A stretch of DNA of 63,262 nucleotides, filler included, from Octopus bimaculoides (GCF_001194135.2; 5 parts of 4 records of this genome joined end to end with filler, not necessarily neighbours in it), one strand, 5' to 3'. Positions 1 to 10,654 are shown, numbered from the whole stretch's first letter. Numbers and translations: made by a program. Notes: generated from the sequence alone by a model not told the origin.

Positions 1-235
1 TCTATAGTGTCTGAGGTGTTTTGTCTATCTATAGCGTCTTAGGTGTCTTGTCTATCTATAGTGTCTTAGGTGTCTTGTCTATCTATAGTATCTTAGGTGT
101 CTTGTCTATCTATAGCGTCTTAGGTGTCTTGTCTATCTATAGCGTCTTAGGTGTCTTGTCTATCTATAGCGTCTTAGGTGTCTTGTCTATCTATAGTGTC
201 TTAGGTGTTTTGTCTATCTATCGTGTCTTAGATGT
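1..235. repeat. 27-bp minisatellite, about 8.5 copies (unit TCTATAGTGTCTTAGGTGTCTTGTCTA)
   Basis: Direct tandem units visible with few substitutions; explains the spurious 21..242 ORF. Confidence 0.95.
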
Positions 236-944
236 CCAGTAGGTGGGCGTGCTCTCCTCGGGTTAAGTTTAGAGAGATGTTCTTTAGGTTTAGTGTTTGT
301 TTTAAATCTAATTTTCTGGGATAAACCACTAGTAGCTAGAACTTGGTTATAAACCTTAAACTTGAGGAATACTGCTGTCATTTTATCTATTATTCTCTTA
401 TTTCTTTTCCTTGAACCTTCTTATTTTTATTTTTTTATCCTCCATTATCTTCCTCCTCTCTTCTTTTATCTGTACCTAGAAAGAATTGTAATTCCGAAAT
501 ATCATCGGACTATAGATAACCAAATTACAACAGATATATAGTCCATTTTTTGTTTTATAGTGCATTGTTGTACCATTCTTAACTGTTTATTCTTTACAAA
601 CAGCACACAATGCTTCAAGCGAACTACAATACTCTTTTATTTTTAAAATTTATTCTTATTTCTACTTCTTATATTTCTTTCATTTTCATTTTATTATATA
701 TATTTTTTTACTTTTTTACTCTATATTTTTATTCTTCTCACAAATCTTTGTTAAACTCAGTCACTTACCTTCCTCCTCTCTCTTAATTTTCACAGGCTAC
801 CACACTCCTCTCTCTCTCTCTCTCTCCTCATTGACCTCTCTTTCTCCTCCCTCCACTTTGCTCAATACCCACTTTTATGTTCATTCTCTCACAAACCAGC
901 CATCTCTATATAAACACACCTTTCCTATTTCTGCCAAAATATTG

Positions 945-1180
945 CATGGATATCTATGCTTTGAACACACCATTCATACTCTGCTGTAATAGTACCTGGA
1001 TTTACTTTGGATTTTACCTGAAGACATTCAGACTAACATCCATAACATCTAAAAAGTCAACGGTGAACTTTATTTCCTTTCTCTCAACTCTTCTAATTCA
1101 TTGCTTATTATCTGCGAATTTTCCATGTCTAGATATTTTATCTGAATATTTCCATCTCAAAATCTTCCATATATGCTCTA
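945..1180 (-). mobile_element. Penelope-like element reverse transcriptase fragment (decayed)
   Basis: Minus strand translates, with frameshifts, to AYMEDFE ... WK.FAD ... EIKFTVDFLDV, resembling the PLE RT motifs ANxxMxxxE / WxRYxDD / IKFT..FLD; it abuts a hammerhead-bearing pseudo-LTR in opposite orientation. Confidence 0.65.
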
Positions 1181-1183
1181 CTT

Positions 1184-1259
1184 GTCCCTGATGACGGAGT
1201 ATCCCATATTCAGGCGTACTGGCCTATCGCTTGAGATATCCCAGAAACAGCTGTATGAC
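1184..1259 (+). ncRNA. Type I minimal hammerhead ribozyme motif in a Penelope-like pseudo-LTR
   Basis: CTGATGA at 1188-1194; stem II GGAGTATC/GATATCCC; GAAA at 1244-1247; palindromic stem III ACAGCTGT; GUA cleavage triplet at 1253-1255; stem I GTC/GAC. Confidence 0.75.
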
Positions 1260-1345
1260 CCCAACTAATTTAAGAATAATATAAAGTAATGTATATGTAT
1301 TGAGATGTTTGTTGTGCCTCGGCGTTTGTTGTCCTCTTTCACATT
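1260..1345 (+). mobile_element. Penelope-like pseudo-LTR segment downstream of the hammerhead
   Basis: Homologous to the reverse complement of 48560-48650 (ATAAAGTA..TTGAGAT.TTTGT..TGCCT..CGTT.GTTG). Confidence 0.6.
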
Positions 1346-1499
1346 TATATATCTGCTACATTGGAAACCTAAAAGGGCTCCATAGCTCCTGCTTCAGTTA
1401 CCAGCTTGGAGCCCTGATAATCCGTTACAGCTCTTACCAGGCGCGCCTATTCGTTTAGATCACCAGTGAACTAAACCCCCTTATTCTGCACACACACAT

Positions 1500-1595
1500 A
1501 GGCTTCTTTATTTTTCTGTGTACCAAATCCACTCTCAAGGCAAAAGGTCTGCAATTCTTGGGGACGGGGAAGTCGATTACATTGACTCTAGGATT
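1500..1595 (-). mobile_element. SINE fragments
   Basis: Reverse complement contains GCCTTGAGAGTGGATTTGGTAC and GTCAATGTAATCGACT motifs shared with other SINE copies in the window. Confidence 0.55.
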
Positions 1596-1897
1596 CAATC
1601 ACGGTAAAAATATTAGTCAATCAAATATAAGGGTATATATATTGTTACGTATCATAAAAAAAATTGTTGATTTCCATTATTGAGGCATGATATAAAGGTA
1701 AATACATATTTACATATATATTTATATTTGTATTTATAATAATCAGAATTCTGATCATTGCTATTTCAGTTCGCATTTATAAAAGACTAGCAGTACTTGT
1801 ATAGATAAGATAAAATGTAACTACAAATAAATTTATACATTTCAAATGCGATCGAATACACGCAAAAGAAATGTATTTATGCACAAAACAAAATATA

Positions 1898-2275
1898 GGT
1901 GTGTTTATGTGATAAGAAACTTGCTTCTCAACCACAGTGCTCTAGGTTCAGTCTCACGACATGACACCTTGGGCAAGTGTCTTCTACTATAGCCTCAGAC
2001 CGGCCAAAGCCGTTTGAGTGGATATGGGAAATAGAAAGACACCCCAAGTATATATATTTATATTTGTGACTGTGTCCACCACCACCACTTGACGATCGGT
2101 GTTGGTGTGTTTACGTCTCCATAAGTTAGCGGTTTGATTAAAGAGCCCAAAAGAATAAATACCAGGCTTAAAAAAAAAAAATAAACAAGTACTGGAGTCA
2201 ATTTGTTCGACTAAAACTCTCCTAGGTAGTGCACCAGCATAGCCACAATCCAGTGACTGAAAGAAATGATTAAAT
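1898..2275 (+). mobile_element. tRNA-derived SINE with CORE-like central domain
   Basis: Head, then GGTTCAGTC B-box-like motif, CACCTTGGGCAAGTG (MIR/CORE-like) and a CCAGCA..GCC.CA..TGACTGAAA tail; same family at 59882 and 61265. Confidence 0.8.
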
Positions 2276-3115
2276 AATCGGTTCAAATACAAACGAAATA
2301 CATATATTATACACAAATGTGTCCCCTCCTCCACACACACAGAGAAAGAACTTGCCCTCGCACCTTATCTCCCCTGACAGAAGCCCCCTCAATTTTTCTC
2401 ATGTTACTCGTAAATTTTTCTCCTTGGGAGTTATATTTAAAAGTTGAACCGGGATTCCGTTTTAAATGTAGTTTTAAAATACGGACAGTCCGAATCTGCC
2501 GTTTGTTTCGACTTACAATTACAAAATAATTTTCAGACGAAATTTAAGGCTTTTTAGTTCATGCCACGACCACCCTTATAACTTATTTATTTTTGGAATT
2601 TTCTGTAAACTTTTGCTAATTTGCGTTCCACACATGGGAATTTATACGATTCAAATTTTTAACCCTTTTTTTTTTTTTTGCGGAGTTGCCTAAACCAGAA
2701 TTCCGCTAAAACGGGTTAAAAAATTACGCCTAAACAGATTTTTTAAAATCAGAAACTTTTTTTTTTTCATAATCGTTTGTAGAANNNNNNNNNNNNNNNN
2801 NNNNNNNNNNNNNNNNNNNNNNNNNNNNNNNNNNNNNNNNNNNNNNNNNNNNNNNNNNNNNNNNNNNNNNNNNNNNNNNNNNNNNNNNNNNNNNNNNNNN
2901 NNNNNNNNNNNNNNNNNNNNNNNNNNNNNNNNNNNNNNNNNNNNNNNNNNNNNNNNNNNNNNNNNNNNNNNNNNNNNNNNNNNNNNNNNNNNNNNNNNNN
3001 NNNNNNNNNNNNNNNNNNNNNNNNNNNNNNNNNNNNNNNNNNNNNNNNNNNNNNNNNNNNNNNNNNNNNNNNNNNNNNNNNNNNNNNNNNNNNNNNNNNN
3101 NNNNNNNNNNNNNNN

Positions 3116-3845
3116 CCGCGATGATAATGAGTGGATATCGAAAGAATCCACAGTGGATCTGCAGATGCATTCATGAGGCTTTCTGGATGTTAAGACTCAG
3201 GGAAACGCCCATGCGCAGACGGTTTCTTAATTCTTTATTGCCCACAAGGGGATAAAAATAGAGGGGACAAACAAGGACAGACAAAGGGATTAAGTCGATT
3301 AGATCAACCCAGTGTTGAACTGGTACTTAATTTATCGACCCCGAAAGGATGAAAGGCAAAGCAGACCTCGGCGGAATTTGAACTCAGAACGTAGCGGCAG
3401 ACAAAATACCGCTAAGCATTTCGCCCGGCGTGCTAACGTTTCTGCCAGCTCGCCGCCTTCAGTGCGCAGACTGTTTCTATCAAGCCGAGTGCCAATTGCG
3501 AGTGATGGCACTGTATTGAACCACGCCCTGTTGTAACATTCGAAGTTTGAGCGGACACATGCCAGACGTTGTTGGTCAAGTTGGTGCACTAACTCGTCGA
3601 GAATATGACAACAGAACATAAATCTACAAAAACATTTCTTTCTTTCCGAACTTTACTAGCTAGGCATATAGGTTTCCCGGCTGCGTTCTGTGGTGAGAAA
3701 CTTTCAAGAAAGATGAGCAACAGGTCTTCAGAGAAGAAACCGCCCTCAGGCAAGTGTTTCGACTCTTTACTTCTGACACTGTAAGGAGACCGGGCCGGCC
3801 GCAACCCCGTCATGGCTCCTGCGTGAACTCCGGCTGACACTTTTT
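3116..3845 (-). mobile_element. CRE-clade-like (RLE) non-LTR retrotransposon fragment, interrupted by a SINE
   Basis: Removing the SINE gives RAWFNTVPSLAIGTRLDRNSLRMGVSL..HECICRSTVDSFDIHSLSSR, matching the CRE-type AWLxAxP..GTxL...RxxxxLRLG..HxCxCG.xVD...H.LSC segment. Confidence 0.6.
3221..3459 (-). mobile_element. Full-length tRNA-derived SINE (GGCGGCGAGCTGGCAG family) with target-site duplication
   Basis: A-box and B-box (GAGTTCAAATTCC) head and TCATCCTTTCGGGGTCGATAAATTAAGTACC body; flanks CCATGCGCAGAC (3209-3220) and CAGTGCGCAGAC (3460-3471). Confidence 0.9.
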
Positions 3846-3913
3846 ATCCTCTTGTGCATTTAAACCGCTTGGAAATTTCATCTACTTGTAACTCCATTCC
3901 GTAATATAATTTC

Positions 3914-4705
3914 GGATCTTTTTTAAAACGGGGGCCACATTTTTCATTAACGAAACACTTTGAAACTTGGAACACTGTTAGAATGTGTCATATAAAACAT
4001 CTTTTTCTCTTAGTCTTCTTAAAAAAAAAAAGAAATCGATAAGTTATTCCATGTTAAAGTTGTCGTATTTCTGTAATTTCAACCAATCACTGACGTCCAT
4101 TCAGCCGATATACATTAAGTGCCGACTACATAAACAAACGATTCTGAAATAGGGATCTTTTTTAAAACGGGGGCCACATTTTTCATAATGTTTTACGTAG
4201 TGTTTTTGGTACCGAAAGACTTTCAAACTTCGTATACTTATCTATTTTGTGTTATAGAANNNNNNNNNNNNNNNNNNNNNNNNNNNNNNNNNNNNNNNNN
4301 NNNNNNNNNNNNNNNNNNNNNNNNNNNNNNNNNNNNNNNNNNNNNNNNNNNNNNNNNNNNNNNNNNNNNNNNNNNNNNNNNNNNNNNNNNNNNNNNNNNN
4401 NNNNNNNNNNNNNNNNNNNNNNNNNNNNNNNNNNNNNNNNNNNNNNNNNNNNNNNNNNNNNNNNNNNNNNNNNNNNNNNNNNNNNNNNNNNNNNNNNNNN
4501 NNNNNNNNNNNNNNNNNNNNNNNNNNNNNNNNNNNNNNNNNNNNNNNNNNNNNNNNNNNNNNNNNNNNNNNNNNNNNNNNNNNNNNNNNNNNNNNTTTCC
4601 TTCGTTAAATTTGCTTTTTTTCATTTTAAATTTGCTTTTTTCATCTTCTTTTTTTTTTGCTTCGTTTTATTTGCTTTTTTTCATTTTAAATTTATTGTTC
4701 GAAAA
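3914..4705 (+). mobile_element. Repetitive left flank of the Merlin element (putative transposon terminal region, partly in a gap)
   Basis: GGATCTTTTTTAAAACGGGGGCCACATTTTTCAT occurs at 3914 and 4153; AT-rich short tandem units at 4596-4700; the same sequence recurs at 8228-8523. Confidence 0.55.
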
Positions 4706-5588
4706 ATGACTAGTCTAGACGATTTATATAGTTTTATTAATACAGAAGAGGATGCGGTGGAGTATTTAACAGAGAAGGGTGTTATACCGTCCACTAAGAA
4801 ATGTACAAATGGGCATTCCATGACGAAGACATTTTCGTGTAAGCGGGCCATGTGGCGGTGCAATGTCAGGAGTTGTCGCATGAAAGTGTCGATCAAGAAG
4901 GGCACATGGCTGGAAGGTAGCTCAGTTCCTTTCCGAACAGTAATAATTTTTTTGTACTCTTGGGTCAAGGGACTGACTACAGTCTGTTATCGTGCTGAAG
5001 AACTAGGGATGAGCGGCGCTACAACTGTGGGATTATAACAGTTTTGTGCGAGAAGTATGCGCACATGATTTGATCATGAACCCAGTTCAAATAGGTGGTC
5101 ATGGGAAGATTGTCGAGATAGACGAGACAGCCTTCTCTAGGAGAAAATATAATCGAGGAAGGTTGCTACCTCAGCAATGGGTCTTCGGAGGAGTGTGTCG
5201 CGAGACCAGACAAGTGTTTCTATATGCAGTACCTTGTCGGAATCGCGAAACACTTGAAGAATGTATCCGCCACTCCGTCCTCCCGGGTACCACAATATTT
5301 AGTGACCTGTGGAGGGCGTATTCTCATATTCCGGAGATCGAGGGGTACAACTTTCAACATAAAACGGTGAACCACAGTGTCGAGTTTGTTAACCCGTTAA
5401 ATAACACGCACACGCAACAAATTGAAAGTACGTGGGCGTGTGTAAAACGGGCTAACAAGCGACGGTGTGGTACACAACGTTCTATGATAGACTCATATCT
5501 TTGTGAATTCATGTGGCGGCGGAGATATGAGAAATATGATCTATTACAGAAATTGTATGAGTGTATTGTAAATTTCAATTTAAACTAG
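4706..5588 (+). mobile_element. Merlin (IS1595/ISXO2-like) DDE transposase, single +1 frameshift at GGG 5029-5031
   Basis: N-terminal C/H zinc-ribbon-like region (KCTNGH..WRC..SC), then GG.GKIVEIDE, WVFGG, IFSDLWRAY, VNHS..FV, THTQQIES.W, YLCEFMWR; removing one G restores TVDYNSFVREVC and joins the two ORFs with no internal stops. Confidence 0.93.
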
Positions 5589-5952
5589 TATTAAAGAAAC
5601 ACATTGTTTACCCAAATTTGCAATCAGCAATGCGCCCANNNNNNNNNNNNNNNNNNNNNNNNNNNNNNNNNNNNNNNNNNNNNNNNNNNNNNNNNNNNNN
5701 NNNNNNNNNNNNNNNNNNNNNNNNNNNNNNNNNNNNNNNNNNNNNNNNNNNNNNNNNNNNNNNNNNNNNNNNNNNNNNNNNNNNNNNNNNNNNNNNNNNN
5801 NNNNNNNNNNNNNNNNNNNNNNNNNNNNNNNNNNNNNNNNNNNNNNNNNNNNNNNNNNNNNNNNNNNNNNNNNNNNNNNNNNNNNNNNNNNNNNNNNNNN
5901 NNNNNNNNNNNNNNNNNNNNNNNNNNNNNNNNNNGTAGGGTTAAACTAGTAT

Positions 5953-6007
5953 TATTTGAACTGGGTTCATGAGCAAGTCATGTGCACATCTCGCACATAA
6001 CTGTTAT
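5953..6007 (-). mobile_element. Inverted, diverged fragment of the Merlin ORF
   Basis: Reverse complement aligns to about 5035-5092 with a 4-bp deletion and a few substitutions. Confidence 0.75.
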
Positions 6008-6124
6008 GGTCAACAGCTGTATTGTAGGTAAATTCAAATGAAAAATAAACAAAGTAAATTTGAAAAATATTTATACAATCTAATTATACATATATACAAT
6101 ATTCACACTATAAACTCATCATCT

Positions 6125-7290
6125 AGTTCTACTGATCGACACCACTCATGTACCTGTTATACTCAAGGTTCACAAATGGGGTGCCATTTTCATCTACACA
6201 TGGTTGTGCACAGGTAGATAGAAAATTTATCTGCATCTTATATCTGTATGCAGTTTTCCTTTCTGCCGTTGGATTATTTCACCTTTTTTTAAATTTTGCT
6301 TTTTTCATATACAACAGCACCCCTTTTCTGCTGGCAATTACTGTAAGCACATGTATACATTGCCACAGCTTCTAAATCCACCACAAGTTTGACCGAACTA
6401 AAAAATTGTTAAAAAAATAATATACGGCCCTGGTTATGGTATGGATGTGATAAATTCCAGACCACCTCGAACTCTAGGCCATGCTGACTAATATTATTGT
6501 CTCTTTTCCCCATATAAAAGCTAAATCCACCGCAGTACCCAGTATTTTCTTCACAAATTTTCCAAACTTCGATCCCCCATTTCGTGGGCTTTCCTGGCAT
6601 ATACTGTTGGAAGTGTACTCTTCCTTTATACCCTACCATATCCTCATCAACGGATAAGTATCTTTCAGGATTGTCAAGTGTTTTATATGCATTTTAAATG
6701 CAGTTGATGAGGGGTGTTATTTGAAATAAGAGATCAAAGTTTGGTTCTCTACGTACTGGGGTACTGCTAGTGTCTCTCATGTAAATACTGGTTTAGTTTT
6801 ACAAATAATATTCTGGTCATGATACTGGAAACATACTGATCGCCAAAAGATTCCTGACTGCTCCAGTAATTTGTAATTCTGGGTAACTGTCTAATATTCA
6901 TAGGCAAAAAATGCCCATATTTCTTCTATGGTTGTGGAAAACCACAAATTATCTTTTTTGTCCAGCTTTGTTTCCGCAGTGATTGCTTCAAACAAGCATG
7001 CTGGAAAAAATAAGGAAAACTCTACTGGTTTTGCTTCCTGATAAAGACTGCCTCCTCAGAGAAATTGTTAATACATTCTTGTCGCTGTTGCTGCTTTCAA
7101 TTTCTTCAGAATCTGCTTTCGGTTTCGGATACAGAAATACCTGATTCATTTTCATTCACCATGTGCTTTTGTACCTCTTTCATTCTTTTATATTTGTGTA
7201 GGAACTGCCACTTTCTTTCTTCATGCCCTTTTGTACAATTATTAGTGGACCTTTTTCTTTATCCTTCTCTGTCTGTACTGCTGCCGGGGT
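6125..7290 (-). mobile_element. piggyBac-like transposase pseudogene (PGBD4-like family)
   Basis: LSVDEDMVGYKGRVHFQQYMPGKPTKWGI, FFNNFFSSVKL (second Asp mutated), KKGEIIQRQKG, EYNRYMSGVDQ; many stops and frameshifts. Confidence 0.9.
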
Positions 7291-7380
7291 CAATAAATTA
7301 AGTACTAGTTGCTTACAGTTCTTGATCTAATCGACTGGACCCTCCTCCAAAATTATATAACTTTTGCCTAGACTAGAAAA
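7288..7380 (+). mobile_element. SINE 3' fragment
   Basis: GGGGTCAATAAATTAAGTAC..GATCTAATCGACT..CCCTCC..TGCCTAGACTAGAAAA. Confidence 0.7.
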
Positions 7381-7429
7381 AAAAAATTAATCACTGTTTG
7401 TATCTTTCCTTGAAACTTGCTTTGAAATC

Positions 7430-8227
7430 TGTTGCACACCTGCTCGAGTTAAATAATTTCAACATCTGCCTGAACTCTGTGTACTTTCATGGAATGAATG
7501 TCACATTTGCTTTTCAGATTGTAATATACTGCTTGTAACTTTCAATCTATCCTGCACACCTGTTATATAATTTCAACATTTGCCTGAACTCTGTGTACTT
7601 TCATGGAATGAATGTCACATTTACTTTCCAAAATGAAATATCCTGCTTGTAACTTTCAATCTATCCTGTACACCTGTTATATAATTTCAACATCTGCCTG
7701 AAATCTGTATACTTTCATGGAATGAATGTCACGTTTGCTTTTCAGATTGTAATATACTGCTTGTAACTTTCAATCTATCCTGCACACCTGTTATATAATT
7801 TCAACATTTGCCTGAACTCTGTGTACTTTCATGGAATGAATGTCACATTTGCTTTCCAAAATGAAATATCCTGCTTGTAACTTTCAATCTATCCTGTACA
7901 CCTGTTATATAATTTCAACATCTGCCTGAAATCTGTGTACTTTCATGGAATGAATGTCACATTTGCTTTTCAGATTGTAACATACTGCTTGTAACTTTCA
8001 ATCTATCCTGCGCACCTGTTATATAATTTCAACATTTGCCTGAACTCTGTGTACTTTCATGGAATGAATGTCACATTTGCTTTCCAAAATGAAATATCCT
8101 GCTTGTAACTTTCAATTTATCCTGTACACCTGTTATATGATTTCAACATTTGCCTGAACTCTTTGTACTTTCATGGAATGAATGTCACATTTGCTTTCCA
8201 AAATGAAATATCCTGCTTGTAACTTTC
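7430..8227. repeat. 114-bp satellite with alternating A/B monomers (228-bp higher-order unit)
   Basis: ATTTCAACA unit starts at 7456, 7570, 7684, 7798, 7912, 8026 and 8140; diagnostic block TTTTCAGATTGTAATATACTGC (A) versus TTTCCAAAATGAAATATCCTGC (B). Confidence 0.95.
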
Positions 8228-8523
8228 AAACGGGGGCCACATTTTTCATTAATGTTTTACGTAGTGTTTTTGGTACCGAAAGACTTTCAAACTTCGTATA
8301 CTTATCTATTTTGTGTTATAGAACAGAAAAATATTTTTGTATTCGAATTTATTTCATGTAAAAAATTGTCTTATTTCGATAATTTCAACCAATCACTGAC
8401 AAGTATTCAGTTGTTTACATTTACTCCTTTGGCTGATTAAGCCATAGCTTCGTTTTATTTGCTTTTTTCATTTTAAATTTGCTTTTTTCATTTTCTTTTT
8501 TTCTACTTCGTTTTATTTGCTTT
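8228..8523 (+). mobile_element. Second copy of the Merlin left-flank sequence interrupting the satellite
   Basis: Near-identical to about 4167-4259 and to the AT-rich units at 4596-4700. Confidence 0.75.
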
Positions 8524-9402
8524 NNNNNNNNNNNNNNNNNNNNNNNNNNNNNNNNNNNNNNNNNNNNNNNNNNNNNNNNNNNNNNNNNNNNNNNNNNNNN
8601 NNNNNNNNNNNNNNNNNNNNNNNNNNNNNNNNNNNNNNNNNNNNNNNNNNNNNNNNNNNNNNNNNNNNNNNNNNNNNNNNNNNNNNNNNNNNNNNNNNNN
8701 NNNNNNNNNNNNNNNNNNNNNNNNNNNNNNNNNNNNNNNNNNNNNNNNNNNNNNNNNNNNNNNNNNNNNNNNNNNNNNNNNNNNNNNNNNNNNNNNNNNN
8801 NNNNNNNNNNNNNNNNNNNNNNNNNNNNNNNNNNNNNNNNNNNNNNNNNNNNNNNNNNNNNNNNNNNNNNNNNNNNNNNNNNNNNNNNNNNNNNNNNNNN
8901 NNNNNNNNNNNNNNNNNNNNNNNNNNNNNNNNNNNNNNNNNNNNNNNNNNNNNNNNNNNNNNNNNNNNNNNNNNNNNNNNNNNNNNNNNNNNNNNNNNNN
9001 NNNNNNNNNNNNNNNNNNNNNNNNNNNNNNNNNNNNNNNNNNNNNNNNNNNNNNNNNNNNNNNNNNNNNNNNNNNNNNNNNNNNNNNNNNNNNNNNNNNN
9101 NNNNNNNNNNNNNNNNNNNNNNNNNNNNNNNNNNNNNNNNNNNNNNNNNNNNNNNNNNNNNNNNNNNNNNNNNNNNNNNNNNNNNNNNNNNNNNNNNNNN
9201 NNNNNNNNNNNNNNNNNNNNNNNNNNNNNNNNNNNNNNNNNNNNNNNNNNNNNNNNNNNNNNNNNNNNNNNNNNNNNNNNNNNNNNNNNNNNNNNNNNNN
9301 NNNNNNNNNNNNNNNNNNNNNNNNNNNNNNNNNNNNNNNNNNNNNNNNNNNNNNNNNNNNNNNNNNNNNNNNNNNNNNNNNNNNNNNNNNNNNNNNNNNN
9401 NN

Positions 9403-9570
9403 TTGTACTTTCATGGAATGAATGTCACATTTGCTTTCCAAAATGAAATATCCTGCTTGTAACTTTCAATCTATCCTGCACACCTGTTATATAATTTCAA
9501 CATTTGCCTGAACTCTGTGTACTTTCATGGAATGAATGTCACATTTGCTTTTCAGATTGTAATATACTGC
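9403..9570. repeat. Continuation of the 114-bp satellite after the gap
   Basis: One partial B-type and one A-type monomer. Confidence 0.95.
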
Positions 9571-10654
9571 ATTAAAATTGATTTAATCTTTATATGTTTT
9601 TGTTTTTCCTTTTGTTTACATTGTGTGCATGCCTAGGTACAGGGTATGTTAGAGTGAGAGCTATTGTTTGGAATTGGTATCAAGTAGCATGCTGAAGTGC
9701 AGATGGCCTCGTATACTGTATGCTAAAGTGGAACTAATGATTTATGAAACAGCTTACCTATCAGAAATTAAGTCATGAAAGGGTTACCATTGTCAACACA
9801 CTTCACATTTCTATGTTTCTGGGGGCAATGAAATAAAATACTAGATAAGAAGTGGCACAATATATTTGACGAATTGTCCTCCTATAAAACTTTTTACTTT
9901 GTGCCTTTGTTCGAAATTCTTGTTAGTACTATTATATAGTGCGAGCAAGAGAAAAAATATTGTTCAGAGAACATCTACAGGCTTTTCCAAACTGTTAATG
10001 TGAATGTAGATGATGTCTTTTTTCAACTTCTGTAAATTGCGTGATGAGAATGTGATTCCATGTAGATGTTACCATTCTGGAGAGAAATGACTGGATAAAA
10101 TATTGAGGTTTGACCTGTGAGACATGTTAAAGATGATGATGTGGGCTCAGTTTGATACAGTATACAGCTTATTAATTCACAGGAATAGCAGTGGATTTCG
10201 GGGGGGGGGGTCTTTTTCTCTCTTTTATTTGAACAATTTGGTCAGATAAAGGGGGCTGTATCCTTGGCATTTGCATTCCTTCTGAGACAAAAGGCAAGAG
10301 CTGTGCAGTTAAAACTGGTAAGATTGAAGTAGTTGATGTTGAATAATATGTGGATGGCTGCAGAAAATACATGGGCAAGGGAATTTCATAAGGATGACAA
10401 TGAGGTAAGAAAGTATTTAATGCTTGGTTTTCAGGTGAATTACAAGCTATGTGAGCTTCGAACCTGTCGTCGCCAGATGCTGTAACATGGTTTGTATCCA
10501 TTATAGTAGTACCACCACTATTGGGATAATGGCATACAATACGCAGTACCAGTGCGATAAAATAAGATAATGCAGCAGCAATAAGAACGTAACTATCTCA
10601 CAAGAGCCAACAATAAATATTCCAAATGAACAAACCAACCCACACTTTCCAACT

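Noticed and set aside
21-242. 73-aa repetitive ORF (LSIYSVLGV)n
   Set aside because: Read-through of a 27-bp minisatellite whose period is a multiple of three; no other coding evidence.
7430-8227. Regular repeats as a possible CRISPR array
   Set aside because: Whole units repeat with no unique spacers, the context is eukaryotic and there are no cas genes.
9756-9825. Minus-strand segment with good acceptor and GTAAGC donor (61 nt)
   Set aside because: Stops in all three frames; cannot be supported as a coding exon.
10172-10501. 109-aa minus-strand ORF
   Set aside because: No recognisable motif; it ends in a poly-G/poly-C run; no supporting splice signals.
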